From: Candidatus Saccharimonadota bacterium
GTDB lineage: Bacteria; Patescibacteriota; Gracilibacteria; UBA4473
Reading direction: 5' to 3'
Assembly: GCA_965228485.1 (NCBI GenBank)
Contig: OZ245819.1
Coordinates: forward strand, 570,001-602,000
DNA: 32,000 bases
Part shown: piece by piece, positions 7,524 to 19,866 of the stretch
How positions within the stretch are numbered: the stretch's first letter is position 1
Layout of the letters: each line of letters begins with the position of its first letter
Program-made: the position numbers and the translations under genes
The notes under the pieces: generated by a model
What the model saw: the letters and a program-made list of their open reading frames with translations, nothing else
The model's database searches: none
What the model was told of the DNA's origin: nothing

Positions 7524-9887
7524 TTAGCCTGGGATAAAATCTTTCATATAATCATCAATACGTTCATCCAATCTTGGACGAATATATTTTTCATAATAAG
7601 TATTAAGCGTATGAGTAATGTCCTCTGGCTTAAGACCTAGTTGATTTTGGTAAAAACGCTGATACCAACTCTGTTCTTCTCCACTGAGAATCGTTGTATC
7701 GTTGAGTGGGCGTGAGATAAAAATACCGTCTTCTTCGGCATAAAAAGGTCTTTGCCCAGAAGGCACAGACATTTCATTTAGTATAATTTCCTCTACACGG
7801 TTAATGAGGTTCGCCATAGAAATGGCTTGGAATAGATTGAACTTAGTATCTTTATCTTCCCCAATATACCACTGAGTTCCCTCCCTATGGATCATTACCA
7901 CTTTATCACTCGTCCTTCGTTTGATTTCAATAGTATTTTCATCTTTGATTTCATAATCGAGACTTGACCAACCTGTTTCATTAATTACATAGGTAAAGGC
8001 CAATCGATAGTGAGAAAATAATTGTTCTCTATCGGTCGAATAATCAATTTCCCAAGCATTGAAGTCTTGAGGCGGTGGGAGTTCTTTACTGAGTGTTTCC
8101 ACATCTTCTTCTGAGAATTCGGCAAGAGATACTCCATTTTCAACGATTTTACACTGAATAATCTTTCCTCGAACCATAAGATATTCTTCACTCCGTCCGT
8201 TTTCTCGAGTAATTCTAAATTGAGCTCTAGGAATACCACTCAAGAAGTCCACCGAAGCTTTATCTGATAGTGTTTCTGTAACTTCTTCCAATCTTCGTCG
8301 TGTATCTTCATCCAAGGCCTCTAAAGAAACAATCTCTAAACCTTGTTGTTCTTCCATGAGAGATTTAAATCGCATTGCTTCTCGCGTAATTCGGATAATT
8401 TCATAAACATCTGCGGCTAACCAAGCCGTCAATCCAACCGCGACCACATCGTCTAACACTCCAATAACCGTCGCATCATCAGCCCATAAAGCTGCGGCTG
8501 CTGCGCCTTTCCAACCAGCGGTTACCGCCAGTTTTTCTAGAAAAGCTTTTCCCGTAAAATTGGCCACTTGAGCGCCAATTGTAGCGGTATAACGTCGGGT
8601 AATAGCGGCTCCAATGGCTTTTGATATTCCAAGGCGCGCTGTTTGACGGGCTACTTCTCGGGCAATAAATTTCCCTCCTTGCCAGATCAAAACTGATCCT
8701 TGAGCGGTCAATTTTGCAATATTTACGCCTGCTCGACTTAGAAAAACCACTCCATCTCGGGTGAATCGAGCAAAAGCTACTTCGCCTGTGATCAGCCTTT
8801 TTGCTGGACCAATAAGTTTAATTGGCCAAGCTCCCCAAGTTAAAGCAGAAATTGCAGGACGAAGGACAAAACTTGCATGTCGCCCTCTTAAAAGGTTAAT
8901 AAATTCCAGACTACTCGCTAAAATCATGAATTTAGGAGTCTCTTTCAGATACTGAAAAATGTAGGCTCCAATACGAGCTTCTGGATCTTCTTCTCCAGCT
9001 GCAATCACATCTCCCACCGAACTAAAGTATTGCAGAGTCAACCATCGAGATAAATCGAATAGTTCTCCGACTTCATTAGAAAGCCATATTTTTCCTTCAC
9101 TCACAACAACCCCTCCTTCGTTCTCAATAAGGCTATTTATCAAGAAGGTAAAACTCTCCATTGAAGGAGACTCAAAAAACGCTTTCAAACGATCAGCTGT
9201 TGTTTCACTAGGCTGAAAATTAATGGGTGGCTGATTCTCGTCAGGTCTATCTGTAGGCGGTTCTTCAGTCTCCCCTGGTTCTTCTTCTGTTCCTGGTAAC
9301 CTGATATTCCCAAACCACTCTCTAAATTTATTAGCCCCAATAATCCCAATAATAAAATTTTTCACATCATCAGAAATAGATTTAACCCCTTGTGGAAATT
9401 TCTCAGCCAGAAGTTTGATAACTCCTTCTGCTCCATTTTCATCCCAAGCGTTGGAAACATCACTCAGAGATAAATTGCCTTTTGAAATAGCCTCATATAG
9501 TAGTGGAACCAGCGCTATTGCTGTGGCTCCAAGAGTTAATTTTAGAATCAATTCAATCGAGTCTTTTCTAATATTATTAACTTTGTCGATCATCCATCGT
9601 CCCAGATCAAAAACTGTATCAATAGCCGCTTTCAAAAGCTTTAGCCCTAAATACGCTCCAACAACCGCAATACCCCCCATAACAATTTTCTCTGTATTAC
9701 TCGCGGTTTGATATTCTTGCCAAAGATTATCGGCGCCTTGTTTTACAAACCGTTCTGCACGATTTACCCAAGTAAACTGAGTCCCAGGCGGCACTAAACG
9801 TTCGTATTCGGCACGAACTCGATCCGTAAAATCTGGAGTTTCTCGTCCCTCAGGGGCCACTTCTGGATTGATAGTACTATCAGACAT
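7524..9887 (-). CDS. hypothetical 787-aa membrane-associated protein (orphan)
   Basis: Long intact ORF. Hydrophobic segments: IVMGGIAVVGAYLGLKLL, LTLGATAIALVPLLY, VIGVLDDVVAVGLTAWLAA. An acidic/Pro linker (GTEEEPGETEEPPTDRPDENQPP). I recognise no catalytic motif. Confidence 0.7.
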   Translation of the reverse strand: MSDSTINPEVAPEGRETPDFTDRVRAEYERLVPPGTQFTWVNRAERFVKQGADNLWQEYQTASNTEKIVMGGIAVVGAYLGLKLLKAAIDTVFDLGRWMIDKVNNIRKDSIELILKLTLGATAIALVPLLYEAISKGNLSLSDVSNAWDENGAEGVIKLLAEKFPQGVKSISDDVKNFIIGIIGANKFREWFGNIRLPGTEEEPGETEEPPTDRPDENQPPINFQPSETTADRLKAFFESPSMESFTFLINSLIENEGGVVVSEGKIWLSNEVGELFDLSRWLTLQYFSSVGDVIAAGEEDPEARIGAYIFQYLKETPKFMILASSLEFINLLRGRHASFVLRPAISALTWGAWPIKLIGPAKRLITGEVAFARFTRDGVVFLSRAGVNIAKLTAQGSVLIWQGGKFIAREVARQTARLGISKAIGAAITRRYTATIGAQVANFTGKAFLEKLAVTAGWKGAAAAALWADDATVIGVLDDVVAVGLTAWLAADVYEIIRITREAMRFKSLMEEQQGLEIVSLEALDEDTRRRLEEVTETLSDKASVDFLSGIPRAQFRITRENGRSEEYLMVRGKIIQCKIVENGVSLAEFSEEDVETLSKELPPPQDFNAWEIDYSTDREQLFSHYRLAFTYVINETGWSSLDYEIKDENTIEIKRRTSDKVVMIHREGTQWYIGEDKDTKFNLFQAISMANLINRVEEIILNEMSVPSGQRPFYAEEDGIFISRPLNDTTILSGEEQSWYQRFYQNQLGLKPEDITHTLNTYYEKYIRPRLDERIDDYMKDFIPG

Positions 9888-9959
9888 CTATCTATTATAC
9901 CAGAATAGAATTTTTTATAAAGTTTTTAGACGGTTCTCTTTATGGATTAATTTCTTTAT

Positions 9960-11450
9960 TTACTGACGCAAAGTCGTACCACAGGTGTGAGAATAACCCG
10001 CAGAAATACTATTCCAGTCTGAACTACTCCCAACCTGAACTGGATAACTTGTATCAGATGAATAGCCACTTCCTAAATACCTTCCCGTTCCCCAACACCA
10101 AGCGGTTCCGTCTGTCTTAATACCACAATTATGAGTATTCCCTACCGAAATAGTCTTCCATTGACGACTCCACCCGACCTGTTGAGGCGTGGTTGCAACT
10201 CTCTTTAAACTTGCCCCATTACCATGACCCCAACACCAAACCGTTCCATTCGTTTTGATACCACAATTATGCTGGTTTTTTGCCCAAACAGATTCCCAAC
10301 CTGAAGAACCCGAGACCTGTACAGGATATGGGATAGAATAATCATTTCTTTTCCCTCCATTTCCCAAAACTCCACCTCCTTCATCTCCCCAACACCATGC
10401 GGTTCCATCCGTTTTTACACCACAGCTATGCTCCTGGCCAGCCGCAATCGATTTCCAAAGCCCTTTGCCACTAACCTGCACAGGGGCATAAGCATTATTT
10501 GCAGAATTATTCCCCAATTGCCCTTCATATCCTCTTCCCCAACACCAGGCAGTTTTATCAGATTTAATACCACAAGTATGTTCAGATCCAGCAGAAATCT
10601 CCAACCATGTTCCTCCTCCACTAATCTGTCTTGGTGTATATTGACTTGTTGAATTCCCGGTTCCGAGCCTCCCAAGTGCCGCATACCCCCAACACCATAC
10701 GGTTCCATCCGTTTTTATACCACAAGTATGCTGGTATCCAGCTGATATGGAACTCCAACTAGCTCCGCCTACGACCTCTACTAATGATTTCGCTCCCCAA
10801 GTATAACCCCCATTTCCTAAATATCCTGACCCCCAACATTTTGCAGTTCCATCAAACAAAATTCCACAGCTATATCGAGCACCAACAGAAGTTGATTTCC
10901 ATCCTGGAAAATTAGTTTTAACAGGCGTATACTGGTATGAGGTTGAAGCATTTCCAAGCTTATAATCACCTCCATCCCCCCAACAAAACCCCTTAGATAC
11001 GAAAGCGTTAAGTCCAAAACTCTTTAGAACCTCCAGCATATCAGCCGCAATCCAGTTTGATCCATTATAATAAAGAACGTTGTCAGCCGAGACATCTGCA
11101 ACATTAACATCGGTAATGTCGTCAATGCTTGAAATATCTCCAGAATTACTGTCTACGTAGCCTTTTGTTGCCACATGGCTATTAATTGTCGGTGTATTCG
11201 CAACAATATTCCCATTTACATGAAGACTCGCTAAGGGATTTGAGGTCCCTATACCGACCTTTCCGGAATTAAAAAAAATATTCCCCTCATTCTTTCCCCA
11301 AGAAATCGCATCTCTTATCTCTTTTATATGAGAGGCTTTCATGGGCTTCCCAACAACAAGATTTTGATTGGTTGCCTCTAGCCATACCGGTTGAGCTAAA
11401 ACTTGATGACTTAAAAACAAAAATCCAATAAGCGTAAGAAGCTTTTTCAT
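9960..11450 (-). CDS. secreted RCC1-repeat (7-bladed beta-propeller) protein with fibre-like N-terminal segment
   Basis: 496-aa ORF. Signal peptide MKKLLTLIGFLFLSHQVLA. Seven repeats of the RCC1-like unit (HTCGIKTDGTAWCWG.G..G.LG). The N-terminal segment VGIGTSNPLASLHVNGNI...ATKGYVD resembles tail-fibre-like neck motifs. Confidence 0.8.
   Translation of the reverse strand: MKKLLTLIGFLFLSHQVLAQPVWLEATNQNLVVGKPMKASHIKEIRDAISWGKNEGNIFFNSGKVGIGTSNPLASLHVNGNIVANTPTINSHVATKGYVDSNSGDISSIDDITDVNVADVSADNVLYYNGSNWIAADMLEVLKSFGLNAFVSKGFCWGDGGDYKLGNASTSYQYTPVKTNFPGWKSTSVGARYSCGILFDGTAKCWGSGYLGNGGYTWGAKSLVEVVGGASWSSISAGYQHTCGIKTDGTVWCWGYAALGRLGTGNSTSQYTPRQISGGGTWLEISAGSEHTCGIKSDKTAWCWGRGYEGQLGNNSANNAYAPVQVSGKGLWKSIAAGQEHSCGVKTDGTAWCWGDEGGGVLGNGGKRNDYSIPYPVQVSGSSGWESVWAKNQHNCGIKTNGTVWCWGHGNGASLKRVATTPQQVGWSRQWKTISVGNTHNCGIKTDGTAWCWGTGRYLGSGYSSDTSYPVQVGSSSDWNSISAGYSHTCGTTLRQ
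9963..11003 (-). repeat. intragenic degenerate tandem repeats (about 150-nt period) encoding the RCC1 blades
   Basis: A plus-strand unit CCCCAACACCAnnCGGTTCCaTCcGTTTTtAtACCACAann recurs near 10090, 10228, 10388, 10538 and 10690. The copies at about 10388 and 10690 are nearly identical over roughly 40 nt. Confidence 0.8.
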
Positions 11451-11531
11451 ATCTATTTTATGATCTATTGCATATGATAATAAAAATACTTAAAAGTCAA
11501 AAAATAATTATCTTTTTTATTTTCCAACCTA

Positions 11532-11681
11532 TTATCCCTTTTCAATAAAACCATTTACTTTGGTTTTATTGTTTTTTGGGTTTTTAGAAAATAACATACA
11601 AAAACTAATTAAGAACCCAATGAGTCCTAATCCTACAAAAATCAATCCTAACAAATTTAAATAGAGTAACGCTGAAACCAT
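11532..11681 (-). CDS. possible 49-aa small membrane protein
   Basis: Below the track's size cut-off. Minus-strand translation: MVSALLYLNLLGLIFVGLGLIGFLISFCMLFSKNPKNNKTKVNGFIEKG. It has one clear TM helix and a basic tail. No other support. Confidence 0.3.
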   Translation of the reverse strand: MVSALLYLNLLGLIFVGLGLIGFLISFCMLFSKNPKNNKTKVNGFIEKG

Positions 11682-11800
11682 GTTCTGAAAAGTTATAGAA
11701 AATTAAGGTCTCGTGGTTTTCTTCACTGAGCGAACACAACTTGATGGGAAGCCCGTAGGGGGAGGTGGAACCTCCAGCCCACGCACAAAAAAACGCTTAA

Positions 11801-11915
11801 TGTTGTCATCGACCTACTTTCCCAGGACTATCTCCAAGTATCATCGGCGCTGAGGAACTTAACTGCTGGGTTCGGAATGGAACCAGGTGTACCCTCCTCG
11901 CTAGAGATGACAACA
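11801..11915 (-). rRNA. rrf: 5S ribosomal RNA
   Basis: The reverse complement reads TGTTGTCATCTCTAGCGAGGAGGGTACACCTGGTTCCATTCCGAACCCAGCAGTTAAGTTCCTCAGCGCCGATGATACTTGGAG...GGGAAAGTAGGTCGATGACAACA. It contains the conserved CCGAAC...GTTAAG...AGCGCCGATG core. Terminal helix I pairs 11801-11810 with 11906-11915. Confidence 0.9.
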
Positions 11916-11960
11916 TCAAGCGCTCTTTCGAGACCATCTCAATGCAGATGTTTGTGTTTT

Positions 11961-12029
11961 AACATCGAATCTTTCCTTAGATTTGCTCGGATCTTTCAAC
12001 GAAAGCAAGCAAAGTCTTTTAAGAACAAA

Positions 12030-12030
<1 letters not shown>
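11961..12030 (-). other. 3' half of the 23S precursor processing stem
   Basis: This segment is largely complementary to 14916-14975 (for example GATTTGCTCG against CGAGCAAATC, and AAGAACAAAAAA against TTTTTTAGTTCTT). That is the expected RNase III-type stem bracketing 23S. Confidence 0.65.
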
Positions 12031-14915
<2,885 letters not shown>

Positions 14916-14975
14916 TTTTTAGTTCTTATTAATTGACTTGCTTACGTTTAAAGTCGAGCAAATCAAAAGAAAGAT
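14916..14975 (-). other. 5' half of the 23S precursor processing stem (leader)
   Basis: Complementary to 11961-12030 (see that feature). The minus strand contains TGCTCGACTTTAAAC, which weakly resembles a boxA element. Confidence 0.6.
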
Positions 14976-15356
14976 AATTTATTGATAATTAATTTCTCAA
15001 ATTCAATGAAATTTTTAAATATTTATTAGATGACTTTGCAACACGGAAAGTGGTTACAAAATCACATTGATGTCACATCAGTCAACAATGCTAGTAGAAA
15101 GTTGCTGATGTGTACTCGACTCTCGCAAAGTCGAGTATAAAACACAAACGATCTGTCAAAGATCAGGGTCGCTGCAATTAACTTGAACAGCTGGGCGATC
15201 TTATACGTAACTTTTTATCCGTCAAGAACTTTTTAGGGTTTTTTTGGTATATCTTACTAAGTCACAAAACAAGCCTCTAAACCGTCGATATTAGAGCTTT
15301 ATTTTGATTACCTTTTGGAAAGAACTATCATCGACACAAAACCTAAAATAATACGT

Positions 15357-17183
15357 ATGAAAAAAACGCTAAACACACTCCTTATTATAGGAATCCTTTC
15401 AACGAGCAATACCACCTGGGCCTATAGAGATATTTCTGCGAACTCAAAATTAAATCCTGCTATCGAACATTTCCAAGAAAAAGGAATTCTTGATGGGAAG
15501 GGATTTTTTAGAGCCGAATCAGACATCCCAGCCGTTATGTTCTGGGATATTCTACTAAGAGATGGTGGTTTTGATCCGGAAAAAAGTGCCACCTTTGACA
15601 CCCCTCTTCCACCAAATGTCGATGAAACCAATACTTACGCCCAAATCATTCGAGAAGGAGTTCGTCGTGATTTTATTAGCAGTGAAGAAGAATTTGATAT
15701 TTATGGACCACTTACGAGAGCCAAGGCCATCGAACATATTGTAAAGGCTAAGGGCATGTTTTCTGATCGACTTGTTTCTACAAGCTTCCGAAAAAAATCT
15801 TCAGGAGTTTCCCCTCTTGCACGATACTATCCATATATAGAAACCGCTCACAAAGCGAAACTTCTAACCGACAACGATATCGACCCTTTTAATCCGAATG
15901 AAAACCTTACGAGGAAAGATTTTATTACCTGGCTATACCAATGGCAACAAGCTGGAGAGATCAAGCCGACCTCAGCTCATGATACCAACAAAAGCCAAAA
16001 TTCAAAATTTCAATATCCTTACCAGAAAAGGCAATCCACAACCCCAGCCAATTCAAATAATGTAAAGATTCGAGTTCTAGATAACAATAATATTTCATTT
16101 ACAAGCACCAACGAAAGCCTGGATGTAAAAGTACTAAAAAGCGTCATCAGTGAAATTAAGAAAAAATATCGATTTGAAGATCAAATTACTCCAGAAAAAG
16201 AACAACAGCTCATCAATAGCGCCATCAAAACCATCGTTGATGGATTAGAAGATAAATACTCTAATTACGTTGAACCGGAAAAATCAGAAGAGTTCCTCAG
16301 CAACTTAGAGGGAGAGTTTGAAGGTATTGGAGCTTACGTAGAGATGCTAGACGAAGAATTCACCATCACTTCTCCTATTAAAGGAAGTCCCGCTGAAGAA
16401 GCCGGACTCAAACCAGGAGACGTAGTGGAAAAAGTAGACGGAGAAGACATTGCAGGTCAAGGAATCAAAGAAATTATCAACAAGGTAAGAGGTCAAGCTG
16501 GAACCGTAGTAGAGCTAACCATCCATCGAAAAAACTCTGGCATCAAACTCTACAAAGTTACCCGAGGAGAAATCAAAATTCCATCTTTAACACTAGAATT
16601 TAAAAATAGTGTTGCCATCATTGGAGTTCACCAATTCTCTCGGGACACAGGACCGAAGCTAGAAGCTATGCTTGAAAACGAGGTACTTCCAAAAAATCCA
16701 CGAGGAATCATTGTCGATCTTCGAAACAACCCTGGAGGTTTTCTTACGGCGGCCGTTGACGTAGGACAAATTTTTATCGATAAAAATAAACTCATCTTTA
16801 GCGTTGAATATAAAAATCGTAATCAGATCTATAAGGCAGAAAAACGAGGTTTATTAGCTGATTATGATAATATCGTATTTCTTCAAAACAAAGGATCTGC
16901 TAGTGCCTCTGAAATTTTAACCGCCATGGTGAAAGATTATGGTATTGGTAAAATTATTGGAACCCCATCTGTTGGGAAAGGCACGGTTCAAGAAGTTCTC
17001 AGCTACACTAATGGAGGAACGCTAAAACTTACCGTTGCTAAGTGGTTATCACCAAAGAAAAACTGGATTCATGAAGAAGGTGTTATCCCTGATGTTGAAA
17101 TTAGCGACCCGACAGACGAAGAAAAGAAAAACGAAGTTGATAGACAGCTTGATGCTGCTGTTCAGGAAATCCTGAGAAAATAA
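15357..17183 (+). CDS. S41-family C-terminal processing peptidase with PDZ domain and N-terminal SLH-like region
   Basis: The track ORF begins at a TTG (15315). The likely start is the ATG at 15357 (MKKTLNTLLIIGILSTSNTTWA, a signal peptide). PDZ: GIGAYVEM...GSPAEEAGLKPGDVVEKVDGEDI. S41 core: DLRNNPGGFL and GSASASEIL. Confidence 0.85.
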   Translation: MKKTLNTLLIIGILSTSNTTWAYRDISANSKLNPAIEHFQEKGILDGKGFFRAESDIPAVMFWDILLRDGGFDPEKSATFDTPLPPNVDETNTYAQIIREGVRRDFISSEEEFDIYGPLTRAKAIEHIVKAKGMFSDRLVSTSFRKKSSGVSPLARYYPYIETAHKAKLLTDNDIDPFNPNENLTRKDFITWLYQWQQAGEIKPTSAHDTNKSQNSKFQYPYQKRQSTTPANSNNVKIRVLDNNNISFTSTNESLDVKVLKSVISEIKKKYRFEDQITPEKEQQLINSAIKTIVDGLEDKYSNYVEPEKSEEFLSNLEGEFEGIGAYVEMLDEEFTITSPIKGSPAEEAGLKPGDVVEKVDGEDIAGQGIKEIINKVRGQAGTVVELTIHRKNSGIKLYKVTRGEIKIPSLTLEFKNSVAIIGVHQFSRDTGPKLEAMLENEVLPKNPRGIIVDLRNNPGGFLTAAVDVGQIFIDKNKLIFSVEYKNRNQIYKAEKRGLLADYDNIVFLQNKGSASASEILTAMVKDYGIGKIIGTPSVGKGTVQEVLSYTNGGTLKLTVAKWLSPKKNWIHEEGVIPDVEISDPTDEEKKNEVDRQLDAAVQEILRK

Positions 17184-17210
17184 CCGAGTATGAAATTCTT
17201 TTAAACAAAG

Positions 17211-17241
17211 AAAATCTCCGTATTGACGGAGATTTTTTTTA
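17211..17241 (+). terminator. intrinsic terminator after the S41 peptidase gene
   Basis: ATCTCCG-TATTGA-CGGAGAT followed by TTTTTTTT. Confidence 0.8.
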
Positions 17242-17342
17242 TAAAAAATGTCACACATTGAAGACTTCAATCGTCTGGTGTCAGAAGTCATTTTTTCATG
17301 AACAAAAAAATTGACCAAAAATAAAGATAAATTATTCTAGAT

Positions 17343-19865
17343 ATGATGTGGAAAGAATTAGTACTTGGTGTTTCGAGCCTCATAAATACAAATGGAAGTG
17401 AAAGTTCTCAAACTTTTCACGCCGAAGCTTTATCGCTTCCAAGTGGAACGGTAGAAATTTCGACCCCTTTTGAATGGAATGCTATCGCCTTGATAGATAA
17501 GGATGGGAATCCATTACCAAAAGTTTGGTATCACGCCAACAACAATCGATTCCCTTGGTATAACGCCGAAAGTGAAACAGGATCAATCGAAAGCGATTTG
17601 CTAGATCTTGTATTTTTTGGAAAAACACGAAACAGCTTGATTATTGAATCTCCAGAGAACCTGGAAGTCATCGCTCATTTTTTTAATACCAAGATTGAAG
17701 GAGAAAATTTAAAAGCAGAATTCGCTCCACTTGATGACGATTCCTATGACGATCCGAGGACAGGATTGGCACGAACTACTCTACGACCAAAATATATTAC
17801 CCGACAACAATGGGGTGCTGATGAGACTCTAAGACTGTGGAACCCTCAGAGAGGTTTCCGAACCGCAGTCCCTGAAGCCAAGGAACTGCCTGTAGTACTT
17901 CGACCAAAAATTGTACAAAGATTTGCCGAAAATGGACAGAGGCTTCGATGGCCTTTAGAAGAAAACCGAACTATTCGAAAATTCATCGTTCATCATACCG
18001 GAGAGGTTACGGATGAAACACGAGACCCCTATGAGCTTATGAGGGCGATTTACTATTACCATACCATCACTCGAGGATGGGGAGATATTGGTTATCACTA
18101 TGTTGTCGATAAACAAGGAAATATCTATGAAGGACGAGCCGGAGGAAACAAAATGGTGGGAGCCCATACAGCCCTACATAACGTCGGTTCAATTGGAATC
18201 TCTCTTATGGGAAACTTCCAAGAAGAAAAACCAACCGATGCCCAAGTTAGGATCTTAAAATTAATCTTGGCCGATCACACCAATCGTTTCAAAATTGACC
18301 CTACCCAGAAAAGTTATTGGCTCGGAACGAATTCTTTCAATGTTTCAGGGCATAAAGACGTAGCTCGTCCCGGACACGGAACGGCTTGTCCTGGGAAAAA
18401 TCTACACATTCTTCTTCCAGAAATCAGAAAAGAAGCCAAAGCCATTGCGACAATGCTTAAAAAGGAGAACAAAAAATCTGGAGTGGATTTCTTGAGTAAA
18501 AGTCGAGCCGCTCCAAAAATCCAGAGAAGAGTTGACCGAAACAAACAAAAACCAGCAGAAGTGGCACTCGCAAAGCTTATTAAGAAGGAAATCATGCAGC
18601 GTGGCGAAAGAAGCTACCTGGATATTCATATTCGAAACAGCTCTGAAAGTACGTGGAAACGTGGAGAAAAAATTTACGTAACCAATATTCCTGATGGAAT
18701 GAAAGTGACCGCTTTCAACGCCACTCAAAATGTAGAACCAGGAGAAGATGGAGTTTTCCGAGCAAGAATTATCGTAGAAACAACTCCGAATGGAACATAC
18801 CAATTGGAGCTAACGCCAAGAATTACCAATTTATCAGCTGACAGTGATATTCCGACTTTCAGCTTCCCGATCCAAATTTCTGGGTCAAAGGATATGCTGT
18901 CTAAAAAAATCCAAGCCACTCGAACGATTATCAAATCCAGTGATAAAAAGACTTCCCAATTAAGACCTGCTGCCTATCGACAGTCAAACACTAAGACCGC
19001 TAAAAAAACTGCCGCAGACACAAAATCTTACGGCCCTGATGTAAAGGTTAAGCTCAGTTACTTCGATGAAAAATATGCGGTAATGAGTGCCGACAAATCT
19101 ATGTGGATTACTTCAGAAGGGAAAACCATTGCAACTATCTCTCAAGGAAAAACCGTCAAAATCGTACCAACTGAAAACCTTAAGAAATTTAATGTTAGTT
19201 CAGGAGCTCAAAAATGGACTCTGATTAATCCTCAATTTGAAACTCAAGGGGTTATTAAAATTCATAACTATAATCGAGGTCTTGGACGAACGGCCTATAA
19301 CCGCTTCAGAAAAAAGATAAACGCCCATTGGAGTGGACGAGACAGTCTATACCTCGTAAATGAACTCCCTATCGAAGAATATTTATGGGGATTAGCCGAA
19401 GAACCTTCTTCTCAACCAGATTCTAAAAAACATGCTATTCATATCCTGGCTCGAAGTTATGCCCTTGTTTACAGTGGAGAACGAAGAAAGTTCAAGACAA
19501 GCCTTTACGACCTAGAAGACAGCCCTGCCACTTCTCAATTCTATTTGGGATATGATTGGGAACTCTACCACAGTGATCAAAAAACTCTGGTAAATCAGAC
19601 AAAAGGACGAGTTATTACCTATAAAGGAAAGCCTGTAATTGGCCCTTACTTTACACAGAGTAGCGGCTCTAGCTCCAGCAAATGGACCTCTCAATATCCG
19701 TGGACAGAAGGGCGATCTCTACCGTTGGATAAAGGACTAGAACAAAAAGGTCACGGAGTTGGGTTGTCTGGAAACTCTGCCCGAGTTCTCGCCGAACAAG
19801 GGAAGAATTACATTGAGATTCTCAACTATTTCTTCAACGGAATTAAGGTCCAGAAAGCTTACTAA
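17343..19865 (+). CDS. fusion protein: N-acetylmuramoyl-L-alanine amidase (Amidase_2/PGRP-type) plus SpoIID/LytB-like domain
   Basis: 840-aa ORF. Amidase_2 motifs: RKFIVHHTG, GWGDIGYHYVVDKQGNIYEGR, GHKDVARPGHGTACPG (T7-lysozyme-type His/His/Cys zinc ligands). The C-terminal roughly 280 aa carries SpoIID-like motifs: EEYLWGLAEEP, HILARSYAL, YFTQSSGSS, GHGVGLS. Confidence 0.8.
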   Translation: MMWKELVLGVSSLINTNGSESSQTFHAEALSLPSGTVEISTPFEWNAIALIDKDGNPLPKVWYHANNNRFPWYNAESETGSIESDLLDLVFFGKTRNSLIIESPENLEVIAHFFNTKIEGENLKAEFAPLDDDSYDDPRTGLARTTLRPKYITRQQWGADETLRLWNPQRGFRTAVPEAKELPVVLRPKIVQRFAENGQRLRWPLEENRTIRKFIVHHTGEVTDETRDPYELMRAIYYYHTITRGWGDIGYHYVVDKQGNIYEGRAGGNKMVGAHTALHNVGSIGISLMGNFQEEKPTDAQVRILKLILADHTNRFKIDPTQKSYWLGTNSFNVSGHKDVARPGHGTACPGKNLHILLPEIRKEAKAIATMLKKENKKSGVDFLSKSRAAPKIQRRVDRNKQKPAEVALAKLIKKEIMQRGERSYLDIHIRNSSESTWKRGEKIYVTNIPDGMKVTAFNATQNVEPGEDGVFRARIIVETTPNGTYQLELTPRITNLSADSDIPTFSFPIQISGSKDMLSKKIQATRTIIKSSDKKTSQLRPAAYRQSNTKTAKKTAADTKSYGPDVKVKLSYFDEKYAVMSADKSMWITSEGKTIATISQGKTVKIVPTENLKKFNVSSGAQKWTLINPQFETQGVIKIHNYNRGLGRTAYNRFRKKINAHWSGRDSLYLVNELPIEEYLWGLAEEPSSQPDSKKHAIHILARSYALVYSGERRKFKTSLYDLEDSPATSQFYLGYDWELYHSDQKTLVNQTKGRVITYKGKPVIGPYFTQSSGSSSSKWTSQYPWTEGRSLPLDKGLEQKGHGVGLSGNSARVLAEQGKNYIEILNYFFNGIKVQKAY

Positions 19866-19866
19866 C

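Noticed and set aside
19759-19866. The upstream extension of the 225-aa track ORF, which overlaps the amidase-SpoIID gene.
   Set aside because: It overlaps the 3' end of a well-supported CDS in another frame. The ATG at 19867, immediately after the upstream stop, is the parsimonious start.
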